A stretch of DNA of 64,000 bases, taken from assembly GCA_016205025.1 (NCBI GenBank), contig JACQJO010000029.1:97759-161758 (forward strand). The letters run 5' to 3'. The position numbers and the translations under genes were made by a program. This DNA is from Elusimicrobiota bacterium (GTDB taxonomy: Bacteria > Elusimicrobiota > Elusimicrobia > JACQPE01). A model generated the notes under the pieces. The model did not search any database. It was not told the origin of the DNA and saw only the letters and a list, made by a program, of their open reading frames with translations. Of the stretch, positions 8,626-16,482 are shown one piece after another. Each line of letters begins with the position of its first letter. The stretch's first letter is position 1.

Positions 8626-9585
8626 CTAGCCACCTCGCGCTATTTTTACGTCTTTCATAATTTGAGCGCGCAAGTCCTCCAAAGAACCGAACTTTTTCTC
8701 ACCGCGAATCCGGCTTAAAAGTTCCAGCGTCAATGTCCGGCCGTAGAGGTTGCCCTTAAAATCAAGAACATGGGCCTCAACAACGGGCAAAAGGGGTGAG
8801 GGGTGAGGGGTGAGGGGTGAGGTAAAAAAACGATTTTCTTTCTGACCCCTGACCCCTGACCCCTGACCCCTGACTGTTGGCCTAAATCCGATATTAACCA
8901 CGGCCAGGCGGTCAAGCTCCGGTGCGCGAGCCCGGAACACTCCTAAGGGCAAAATTTTGGCGGGGTCAATGGACAAATTGGCGGTCGCGATCCCCAACAG
9001 CCTGCGGCCGATGCCTTCCCCCCGGACTACCCGGCCTCCAATGCGGTATGGCCGGCCCAAGAGGCGATTAGCCCGCGAAACATCGCCCTCGGCCAAAAGG
9101 CCCCGAATTCTGGTTGAAGAAACGGCCAATCCGCGCCCGGTTTTCAGCCGCACCATGCGCCAGCGAAGCCCAAGAGGCCGAAGAAACCGCTGGAAACTGG
9201 TGCTGTCGCACAAGCGGTCCTTGCCGAGGGCGAAATTCTCGCCGAAAACCAAGGTGTCTGCGCGCCACAAGCCGCAAGCGTAGCGCTTCAAAAATTCCCC
9301 GGCCGAAAGATTCAATAGAGAGCGCTTAATGCCCAGCACCGCTACCTTACGAATTCCAAACTCCTCGCGCAAAATCCTGATCCTCTCTTCAACCGTGGTT
9401 AGAAGCCGCACGATCCTGGTATTGCCATACAAAAAAACACGCGGCGAGTAGGGAAAAATGGCAACCATGGGTTCCAAATTCTTTTGCCGGGCCACGCGCA
9501 AAAGACCCTCCAGCGCCTTGCGATGCCCAAGGTGCAAACCATCAAAAGTGCCGATGGTAAGCGCTCTTTTCCTTGGCTTGGTCAT
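8626..9585 (-). CDS. ribF: Bifunctional riboflavin kinase / FMN adenylyltransferase
   Basis: 319 aa. N-terminal 'TIGTFDGLHLGHR' nucleotidyltransferase motif. C-terminal riboflavin-kinase motifs 'NIGFRPT...EAHVLDF..NLYG'. An in-frame repeat insertion lies at 8796..8876. Confidence 0.9.
   Translation of the reverse strand: MTKPRKRALTIGTFDGLHLGHRKALEGLLRVARQKNLEPMVAIFPYSPRVFLYGNTRIVRLLTTVEERIRILREEFGIRKVAVLGIKRSLLNLSAGEFLKRYACGLWRADTLVFGENFALGKDRLCDSTSFQRFLRPLGLRWRMVRLKTGRGLAVSSTRIRGLLAEGDVSRANRLLGRPYRIGGRVVRGEGIGRRLLGIATANLSIDPAKILPLGVFRARAPELDRLAVVNIGFRPTVRGQGSGVRGQKENRFFTSPLTPHPSPLLPVVEAHVLDFKGNLYGRTLTLELLSRIRGEKKFGSLEDLRAQIMKDVKIARGG
8796..8876. repeat. (GGGGTGA)n ... (TGACCCC)n hairpin repeat embedded in frame in ribF
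   Basis: 'ggggtgaggggtgaggggtgagg taaaaaaacgattttctttc tgacccctgacccctgacccctgacccctga'. It encodes 'GQGSGVRGQKENRFFTSPLTPHPSPLLP' inside the riboflavin-kinase domain. The ribF reading frame is kept. Confidence 0.75.
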
Positions 9586-10043
9586 TGGTGCGCCAATCCA
9601 AATTTTCTTTGCGCCGAGATGCGGCTGATCACGTCGCCAAACTCCGGATTCTTGTTAAGGAGATACTCAAAATCCTGGGAAAGAAGAGTGAATATCTTGG
9701 ATTCTTTGCCGGCAACGGCGCTGGCCAGACGAGGAGCTTTTTCCCAAAGCGCCATTTCGCCAAAAATTTGGCCCGGACCAAGGCAGGCGATCTCTCTGGA
9801 AAAAAATAGGAACGCTTTTTTTCGAATAACAATTTCTCCTTCATAAACTACGAATAGGGCGTCGCCACCGTCCCCTTCTTTGAATAGGGTGTGGCCGCGG
9901 CCGCATCGAAACAGCCCGAACGAGGGAATAACTTTTTCTAATTGCCCGGTCGTCATGCCGCCAAAAAAATGGATTTTCGCGAGGGTGGACAAAAGCCACT
10001 TCTGGTCGGAAGGTCCGATATTTAATTGTTCCAGCTTAGGCAT
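9582..10043 (-). CDS. Cyclic-nucleotide-binding domain protein (stand-alone cNMP-binding domain)
   Basis: 153 aa with the cNMP-binding signature 'FGEMALW...A.A'. The stop overlaps the ribF start. Confidence 0.65.
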   Translation of the reverse strand: MPKLEQLNIGPSDQKWLLSTLAKIHFFGGMTTGQLEKVIPSFGLFRCGRGHTLFKEGDGGDALFVVYEGEIVIRKKAFLFFSREIACLGPGQIFGEMALWEKAPRLASAVAGKESKIFTLLSQDFEYLLNKNPEFGDVISRISAQRKFGLAHQ

Positions 10044-10746
10044 AGTTTACGCTAGCCATTAAATTTTTGGATATATCCTGAAGACGTAAACCGTCGTCGC
10101 AATGATACGGTCCGACCGAAACCCGCGTTAATGAAGCGAGGTAAGCCCCGGTGCCCAAGGCCCGTCCAAAATCGCGCGCCAACGCCCGAATATAACAACC
10201 CTTGCCGACTTTGGCCTCGAATGAGAAAGAAGGTGAACAAAGTGAGAAAGGTGAACAAGGTTCGATTATTTTAAACTCATATACTTGCACCTTACGAGCC
10301 AACGGCTGAACCATTTGACCTCTACGGGCAAGCTCATAGAGGCGCTTGCCGCCCCAATGAAGCGCCGAATAAACCGGGGGTTCCTGCTCAATTTCACCTA
10401 GAAAACTTTCCGCTATTCTCTGGAAATCATCTTCTCGAACTTTTATCACCTTGTTCACCTTGCTCACCTTTCTCACCTTCCCCGTCAGGTCATCCGTATC
10501 TCTTTCCTCCCCCAGCGCGATCGTGCCGCGGTAAACCTTTGGCATATCCATTAGCTGCCCTGACAATTTTGTGGCTTTGCCCAAAAGAATCAACAACACG
10601 CCCTCGGCAAAAGGATCCAACGTGCCGGCATGGCCTATTTTCGATAAGGAGATAAGGTCCTCTCGCCTCATCGTTCTTTTAATGTGCCTGATCACGTCAT
10701 ACGACGTGATCCCGGCGGGCTTGTAAACGTTAAGGATGCCATCCAT
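10036..10746 (-). CDS. truB: tRNA pseudouridine(55) synthase
   Basis: 236 aa 'NVYKPAGITSYDVIRHIKR...GHAGTLDPFAEGVLLILLGKATK'. The catalytic Asp lies in 'GTLDP'. The gene contains a pair of internal inverted repeats (10221..10262 and 10446..10481). Confidence 0.9.
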   Translation of the reverse strand: MDGILNVYKPAGITSYDVIRHIKRTMRREDLISLSKIGHAGTLDPFAEGVLLILLGKATKLSGQLMDMPKVYRGTIALGEERDTDDLTGKVRKVSKVNKVIKVREDDFQRIAESFLGEIEQEPPVYSALHWGGKRLYELARRGQMVQPLARKVQVYEFKIIEPCSPFSLCSPSFSFEAKVGKGCYIRALARDFGRALGTGAYLASLTRVSVGPYHCDDGLRLQDISKNLMASVNYA

Positions 10747-10756
10747 TACCTACTAC

Positions 10757-11767
10757 CTACTTTCTTTTTTTAAGCAGGTTGCCCATTCTCTCCACTAAAG
10801 TTTTTTCAATTTTATCCATCGTCATGTCTGCGATTTCGCAGCCGGCCGCGTTTTTATGGCCGCCGCCGCCGAAACTTTGGGCCAATACCGAAACATCAAC
10901 GCGGCCCCGCGAACGCAAAGAAACGGAAACAACATTTTTCCCGCGAAAAGGCTCCTCTTTCATAAAAAACGCGGCCTCCACCTCCTTGGGGGCCAGCCCG
11001 TAATTGACGATATCCTCGGTTTGCGTGGCGTGAAAATCATATTTGGCGAAATCCCCCCGCGACAAGGAAAGCGCCGTGACGCGGCCGCCCAAATGAAACC
11101 GCATGCTGCTAAGCGCGGTTGCCAAGAGCCTTAAATGAGCCACCGTCTTGATGGTGAATAAATGCTCCATGATTCTGGTGTGAGGAATTCCGGTTTCCAA
11201 AAGTTCCGCCGCCACGCGGTGGGTCGCAGGGCTGGTCAGGGAATATTGGAAGCGCCCCGTGTCCGACACGATCCCCGCGTAAAGCCAGGTGGCTTCCTCC
11301 TTGGTCGGAACAAAACCGAACTCCTTGTAAAGCATATAAACCTGCTCCGCGTTCGACGAAGCGTGGGGATTAATCCAATTGACATGAGCGAATCCTTTGC
11401 CGGTGATGTGGTGATCAATATTCAAGGTTAACCGGAACTCCTCGAAAGCGGCGATGCCGCCGGCGCGTTCCGGGTTGGCGCACTCCAAATAAATAGCGCA
11501 ATCCAAGTCTTTAAGATCGGACTTTTGCGCCGGGGCCACAACCGTATCCCAGCGGGGAAGAAATTGCAACTGAGCCGGAATGGGGCTGGCGTTGGCTAAA
11601 ACGATTCTTCGCCCGCTTTTGACTCTGCGCAAAAGACCCGATAACGCCAGCGAGGAGCCCAGCGTGTCGGCGTCGGGTTTAACGTGGCCCACGATGGCAA
11701 AACTCTTGGCCTCCCGCAAAGCCTTCGTTAAATTAGGCGGAACTCTGCCGTTAGAGAAAGGCGTCAT
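10757..11767 (-). CDS. nrnA: DHH-family phosphoesterase (NrnA-like bifunctional oligoribonuclease / pAp phosphatase)
   Basis: 336 aa. DHH motifs 'GHVKPDADTLGS' and 'IDHHITG', and the DHHA1 motif 'GGGGHKNAAG'. Confidence 0.8.
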   Translation of the reverse strand: MTPFSNGRVPPNLTKALREAKSFAIVGHVKPDADTLGSSLALSGLLRRVKSGRRIVLANASPIPAQLQFLPRWDTVVAPAQKSDLKDLDCAIYLECANPERAGGIAAFEEFRLTLNIDHHITGKGFAHVNWINPHASSNAEQVYMLYKEFGFVPTKEEATWLYAGIVSDTGRFQYSLTSPATHRVAAELLETGIPHTRIMEHLFTIKTVAHLRLLATALSSMRFHLGGRVTALSLSRGDFAKYDFHATQTEDIVNYGLAPKEVEAAFFMKEEPFRGKNVVSVSLRSRGRVDVSVLAQSFGGGGHKNAAGCEIADMTMDKIEKTLVERMGNLLKKRK

Positions 11768-11773
11768 GGATAA

Positions 11774-11862
11774 ATGCGGGAAAGGCGGTAGATGCGGGAA
11801 AGGCGGTAAAAAAAATGAAAGGAAACTCCTTGCCCTTCACCGCTTTCTCCGCCTTTACCGCT
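11774..11862. repeat. ~90-nt hairpin element (GCGGGAAAGGCGG ... CCGCCTTTCCCGC), copy 1, in the nrnA-rbfA gap
   Basis: 'gcgggaaaggcggtagatgcgggaaaggcggtaaaaaaaatgaaaggaaactccttgcccttcaccgctttctccgcctttaccgc'. It is nearly identical to copy 2 at 12296..12390. Confidence 0.75.
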
Positions 11863-11872
11863 TTTTCCTTTA

Positions 11873-12286
11873 TCATTTTTTATGGCGTTTCCCCTTGGAA
11901 CTCTTCACCACAGCGCTGCCTTCGTTGGCATGCAGGCTATTGAGTATCTGCAGTACCCTATCCGCCGATTCCATGGAGTTGTCATAAATAAAACTCAAGC
12001 GCGGCAACCGCTTGATCGTTAACCGTTTTTTGAGCTCCCGCGTGATTTCAGGCTCCAAATCTTCCAGGGCTTGTTGGGCCAAATCAGCGTTTTGCGGGTC
12101 GGATGAAACAGCGGTCCAGGAATATCTGACGATCGCTTTTTCTAAATTTCTGGCCACCTCAACGCGCGTAATGGTGAGCAAAATGGAGCCGGCTGTCTCA
12201 AAAATTTTCTCGCGATGATCTTCCAAAATTCTGGAAATCTCATTGCGCATCAAGGCCTCAACGCGAGAAATTCGGTCGGGAAACAT
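11873..12286 (-). CDS. rbfA: Ribosome-binding factor A
   Basis: 137 aa 'ISRVEALMRNEISRILE...ILLTITRVEVARNLEKAIVRYS'. It sits in the conserved infB-rbfA-truB position. Confidence 0.8.
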   Translation of the reverse strand: MFPDRISRVEALMRNEISRILEDHREKIFETAGSILLTITRVEVARNLEKAIVRYSWTAVSSDPQNADLAQQALEDLEPEITRELKKRLTIKRLPRLSFIYDNSMESADRVLQILNSLHANEGSAVVKSSKGKRHKK

Positions 12287-12295
12287 TTTAAAAAA

Positions 12296-12390
12296 ATGCG
12301 GGAAAGGCGGTAGATGCGGGAAAGGCGGTAAAAAAAATGAAAGGAAATTCCTTGCCCTTCCCCGCCTTCACCGCCTTCCCCGCCTTTCCG
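12296..12390. repeat. ~90-nt hairpin element copy 2, in the infB-rbfA gap (direct repeat of 11774..11862)
   Basis: 'gcgggaaaggcggtagatgcgggaaaggcggtaaaaaaaatgaaaggaaattccttgcccttccccgccttcaccgccttccccgcctttccg'. Confidence 0.75.
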
Positions 12391-12393
12391 TTA

Positions 12394-14547
12394 TCATTTC
12401 TGCGTCAATTTCTTCAACTCTTTAACCGTCTCAAAACATTCGATGCGGTCGCCTTTTCTGGGTTCGTTGTAGCCCGAAACCACAATGCCGCACTCGTATC
12501 CATGAGTGACCTCGGTGACGTCTTCCTTCACCCTTTTTAAGCTGGTCACCTTGCCGTCAAGAAACTTGGCGTCGCCGCGCCAAACCCGGGCTTGAGTTCC
12601 CCTGTTGATTTTGCCCTGGGTCACGAAACAGCCCGCCACCGGCCCGACTCCGGAGACTCGAAAAGCGGCCCGCACATCCGCCGCGCCCAAAACGTTTTCC
12701 TTGATAATCGGGGCCAAAAGCCCTTCCAAAGCGGCCCGCACGTCCCCCACCAATTCATAAATAACGGAATAAACCCGGCATTCAACCTTCTCTTTTTGCG
12801 CCTCCTCTTGGGCGCGGACGTCCATCGGCACGTGAAAACCTAAAATGACCGCTTCCGAAGCCGCGGCCAACAGAACGTCCGAAAGGCTGACGGGGCCCAC
12901 GCCCGCGTGCAGAACCTTGATCGCCACCTCCTCATGGTGAAGCTTGGACAACTCCCCCACAATGGCTTCCAAAGAGCCCTGCATATCGGTTCGCAGTATG
13001 ATCTTAAATTCCTTCATCAGGCCCTGCGAAATTTTTTCATGAATATCTTCAAGCATCAAATGTTTCGTCGACTTATTGCCGTGCACCAACTGAAATTCAG
13101 CCGCCCGGGTCGTGGCGTGCTCCTTAGCCTTGCGCTCGTTGTCCACCGCGATCAATCGATCACCCGCCTGCGGCACATCGGACAAGCCCATCAGAAGAGC
13201 CGGCGTGGCCGGACCGGCCTGCTGCATCTTGGCATTACGATCGTCAATCAGGGCGCGAACTTTGCCCCAAGTAATGCCGCAAACAAAGGGATCCCCGATG
13301 CGCAGTGTTCCGTCTTGAATCAAAATGGAGGCCACGTTGCCTCGCTTAGAGTCTTTTCTGGCCTCCAGGACGGCGCCGACCGCCGGACGCTTGGGATCGG
13401 CCTTTAACTCCATCAACTCCGCTTCCAGCGCGATCATCTCCAATAGTTTATCCAGGTTAATTTTTTTCTTGGCCGAAACCTCCACCATCACCGTTTTGCC
13501 GCCCCAGTCTTCGGCCATAAGGTCATGATTGGCCAATTCTTGTTTGATTCTATTGACATTGGCTTCAGGCTTGTCAATTTTATTGATGGCCACAACAATC
13601 TTGACGCCGCCCGCTTTGGCGTGGTCAATGGCTTCCACGGTCTGGGGCATCACCTTGTCATCCGCCGCCACCACCAAGACAACCATATCCGTCACCTTGG
13701 CTCCGCGGGCGCGCATCGCGGTAAAAGCCTCATGACCCGGGGTGTCCAGAAATACAATTTCCCCCCTGGACGTTTTAACCTTATAAGCGCCGATATGCTG
13801 CGTGATGCCGCCGGCTTCCTGCTCCGCCACGCGGGTTTCGCGGATTGCGTCCAACAGGGTGGTTTTGCCGTGATCCACGTGTCCCATGATGGTCACGATG
13901 GGGGCGCGCGCGGACAAATCTTTCGGGTCAGCCGCAGGCGCCGCCCGCAGCAAAGCTTCTTCCTGCTCAAAAACTTGGGGAACTTCGGCCTCAAAGCCGA
14001 ATTCATTAGCCACCAAAGTAGCGGTTTCCGGCTCCAGCTTTTGATTGATGGTGGCCCAAACGCCCAAGGCCATCAGCTTTTTGATAATTTCGGGCACGCC
14101 CACGCCCAAAAGACCGGCCAAATCCTTGACCGTTGTTCGAGGGGTAAGCGTGATTTTTCTTTTTACCGGCGCGGGCGGCTCTTTGGTCTCAACCACCGCG
14201 GTGGCCGCCGCCTTTTCTTTGGCCTCTGCGCCGGGAGACGGCGGCGCGATTTCCTCTTTTTGATCCGGCGCCTTGACCGGTGCCTGGGACCGGTGCGGCG
14301 CGAGCGGCGCGCTCACGACGGGGCTTTCTGCCTGGCGGTCTAAAACATCGCTCTCGATCTTTACAGTTTTTGAAATCTTGGCCGCTTTGCTTTCCGATTT
14401 GCGCGGCGATTTCTTATGAACCGCCTCAATCAGCTTCGCCGGTCGGCCGGCAGGCAAGGCCTTTTTCGCCTTTTTCGCTTCAGTTTTTATTTTAGCGGGC
14501 TTAGCCGCCTTTTCTTTGGTTGTTTTAGTCGTCTTTTTTTGCGCCAC
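12394..14547 (-). CDS. infB: Translation initiation factor IF-2
   Basis: G domain '[12 protein letters not shown]...DTPGHEAF...NKIDK', a K/E/A/P-rich N-terminal region, and C-terminal beta-barrels. The maximal ORF extends to 14775 but would overlap nusA by ~230 nt. The likely start is the GTG at 14545..14547, immediately after the nusA stop (14549..14551). Confidence 0.85.
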   Translation of the reverse strand: MAQKKTTKTTKEKAAKPAKIKTEAKKAKKALPAGRPAKLIEAVHKKSPRKSESKAAKISKTVKIESDVLDRQAESPVVSAPLAPHRSQAPVKAPDQKEEIAPPSPGAEAKEKAAATAVVETKEPPAPVKRKITLTPRTTVKDLAGLLGVGVPEIIKKLMALGVWATINQKLEPETATLVANEFGFEAEVPQVFEQEEALLRAAPAADPKDLSARAPIVTIMGHVDHGKTTLLDAIRETRVAEQEAGGITQHIGAYKVKTSRGEIVFLDTPGHEAFTAMRARGAKVTDMVVLVVAADDKVMPQTVEAIDHAKAGGVKIVVAINKIDKPEANVNRIKQELANHDLMAEDWGGKTVMVEVSAKKKINLDKLLEMIALEAELMELKADPKRPAVGAVLEARKDSKRGNVASILIQDGTLRIGDPFVCGITWGKVRALIDDRNAKMQQAGPATPALLMGLSDVPQAGDRLIAVDNERKAKEHATTRAAEFQLVHGNKSTKHLMLEDIHEKISQGLMKEFKIILRTDMQGSLEAIVGELSKLHHEEVAIKVLHAGVGPVSLSDVLLAAASEAVILGFHVPMDVRAQEEAQKEKVECRVYSVIYELVGDVRAALEGLLAPIIKENVLGAADVRAAFRVSGVGPVAGCFVTQGKINRGTQARVWRGDAKFLDGKVTSLKRVKEDVTEVTHGYECGIVVSGYNEPRKGDRIECFETVKELKKLTQK

Positions 14548-14548
14548 G

Positions 14549-15847
14549 TTATGCGGTCTGTCCTTCTTCCGAAATTTTTTCTTTCTCCTCAACGGCCGCT
14601 TTAATTTTTTTCGCCTTAACTTTCTTTTTCCCTTCGGAAGCCGCCGCCGTTTCTGCTTGCGCCGCCTCTTCTTGTTTGGATTTCTCCTGTTCTCCCCCAG
14701 CATCCAGCATCGAGCATCCAGCATCCTCTTCTTTTTTCTCCACCCCTCCAGCATCCAGCATCGAGCATCCAGCATCTTCTTTCTTCACCGCTTCCACCGT
14801 GATGTTCCATCCGGTCAACTCCGAGGTCAGCTTCAAATTCAAACCATCTTTGCCGATCGCTCCCGCCAGCTGGTCCTGCTCAACAAAAACGCGCGCCGTC
14901 TTTTTTTCGGTATCCTCGACCTCCACCTTAGACACCTTGGCCGGCGCCAAGGCCGCCGCGATCATGCCTTCGGTGTTGTCTCCCGACAAAACAAGGTCAA
15001 TCTTCTCTCCATGCAGCTCGTTGATCACCGGGCGGATGCGCGTTCCCTTGATGCCCACGCAGGCGCCGACAGGATCAACCCTGGGATCGTTGGATTTGAT
15101 CAGCACCTTGCTTCGAAACGCCGGCTCGCGAACCACTTTCAAGATCTCGACCGTCCCGTCATGAACTTCCGGAACCTCAAGGCGCAAAAGGCCCTGCACG
15201 AACCCGGGAGCGCTTCGGGAAAGATAAACCTGCGGCCCCCTAAGATCCAGCTCCACCGAATGCACCAGGGCTTTCAAAGGCTGGCCGATGGAAAACCTTT
15301 CGCCCGGAATTTGTTCCTCTTTTTTTAAAATGGCCTCGATTTTGCCCAAACTGACATAAACAGTTTTGTCATGGCCGACGCGATAAACGGAACCCGTAAT
15401 CACCAGGTTCTCCTTCTTTTTGAAATCCTTGAAAAGATTTTCTTTTTCAACCTCGCGTAGTTTCTGCAGGATCACCTGCTTGGCGGTTTGGGCCGCGATT
15501 CTGGAAAACTCCATGGTGTCAACCGCCACCGGCACGTCTTCATCAACCTTCACCGCCGGATTGATTTTTTTAGCCGCCTCAAGAGAAATTTCGGCCAAAG
15601 GATCGCTGACCTGTTCCACCGCTTTTTTCAAAATAGCGGCTTTGGTTTCTCCGGTCTCGCCATCCATCGTAGCTTGAACCGGAATCTCGCGGCCCATGTG
15701 CTTGACCAGCGCGGAAGCCACCGCCCCTTCGATCAAGCGTAAAATCTCCTGGCGGGGAATGCCCTTGTCCCGCTCGATGGTCTCTAAAAGCAAAACAAAC
15801 TCGGTTTTGGAAGTCATAAATAGTGAGGCACTGAGGCACTGAGGCAC
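14549..15847 (-). CDS. nusA: Transcription termination/antitermination factor NusA
   Basis: NusA N-terminal, S1 and KH domains, with an acidic/Lys-rich C-terminal tail. The probable true start is 'MTSKTEF' at 15817. The ORF extension to 15847 runs into the hairpin repeat. The C-terminus contains a ~45-bp direct repeat (14697..14787) encoding 'EDAGCSMLDAGG' twice. Confidence 0.9.
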   Translation of the reverse strand: MPQCLSASLFMTSKTEFVLLLETIERDKGIPRQEILRLIEGAVASALVKHMGREIPVQATMDGETGETKAAILKKAVEQVSDPLAEISLEAAKKINPAVKVDEDVPVAVDTMEFSRIAAQTAKQVILQKLREVEKENLFKDFKKKENLVITGSVYRVGHDKTVYVSLGKIEAILKKEEQIPGERFSIGQPLKALVHSVELDLRGPQVYLSRSAPGFVQGLLRLEVPEVHDGTVEILKVVREPAFRSKVLIKSNDPRVDPVGACVGIKGTRIRPVINELHGEKIDLVLSGDNTEGMIAAALAPAKVSKVEVEDTEKKTARVFVEQDQLAGAIGKDGLNLKLTSELTGWNITVEAVKKEDAGCSMLDAGGVEKKEEDAGCSMLDAGGEQEKSKQEEAAQAETAAASEGKKKVKAKKIKAAVEEKEKISEEGQTA

Positions 15848-15925
15848 TGAGGCACTGAGTGAAAAAGAACAATTCTTCTTAGTGCCTTAGTGCCTAAGTG
15901 CCTATTTGCCTCTCTCTGTGCCTTG
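15826..15925. repeat. GGCACTGAG/AGTGCCTTA octamer hairpin element (copy 2 of 3), in the rimP-nusA intergenic region
   Basis: 'gaggcactgaggcactgaggcactgaggcactgagtgaaaaagaacaattcttcttagtgccttagtgcctaagtgcctatttgcctctctctgtgcctt'. Confidence 0.75.
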
Positions 15926-15926
15926 C

Positions 15927-16472
15927 TCATACATTTATTTCCGGATCCAAATTCGCTTTGGCGATTTCACTTAACGCCAACGACCACCTTCTTTGATTGT
16001 CGTCGTCAACAAGTAAAACAAACCCCTCGGCAACAGCCTCCAGCGTGCCCCTAAACACCCTTTGGTTTGTGCCCGGAAACGGATTCTTAAGCTCGATTTT
16101 CGCCCTCTCCCCCAAAAAGCGATGGTAATCCTTCTCCTTGCGCAGAACCCGCCTTAATCCCGGCGATGAAACTTCCAAACTGTAATGGCGTTCGATCAGG
16201 CCCGATTGGTCCAGGTGGGCTTCCACCCTGCGGCTGACCTCCTCACAATCCGAAAGAGTGATCGGCTTGGTGTCATGATCCAGCACCAACTGCAAGGTCC
16301 AGCCGTTGGGTCCCGGCCGCCATTCCAGTTCAAGCAATTCAAACCCCTCCCTTTCAATCAAAGGCCGCAACGCAGTCTCCAATTTATCCCGAAGTTCCAT
16401 CATAACCAAAAAAGATGAAAAAAGCGAAAAAGACCGGGCCTTTTTCGCCTCTTCCTTAATATATTGTACCAA
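15927..16472 (-). CDS. rimP: Ribosome maturation factor RimP
   Basis: 181 aa in the ORF. It lies upstream of nusA (conserved rimP-nusA-infB order). The domain pattern is 'MELRDKLETALRPLIEREGFELLELEW...'. The true start is probably the internal 'MMELRDK'. Confidence 0.8.
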   Translation of the reverse strand: MVQYIKEEAKKARSFSLFSSFLVMMELRDKLETALRPLIEREGFELLELEWRPGPNGWTLQLVLDHDTKPITLSDCEEVSRRVEAHLDQSGLIERHYSLEVSSPGLRRVLRKEKDYHRFLGERAKIELKNPFPGTNQRVFRGTLEAVAEGFVLLVDDDNQRRWSLALSEIAKANLDPEINV

Positions 16473-16482
16473 ACTGCTCTTT

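Noticed and set aside
8796-8876. CRISPR array or telomere-like repeats ((GGGGTGA)n, (CCCCTGA)n, GGCACTAAG arrays)
   Set aside because: The units are 7-9 nt with no unique spacers of CRISPR length. The arrays are 3-4 units and arranged as inverted halves (hairpins). No cas genes are present.
376-15328. Long antisense ORFs overlapping housekeeping genes (376..867+, 3701..4231+, 7517..7969+, 13525..14343+, 14516..15328+)
   Set aside because: Each lies fully inside a confidently identified gene on the other strand (pgsA, ftsK, pnp, infB, nusA). Their translations are Arg/Gly/His-rich, as is typical of GC-rich antisense frames.
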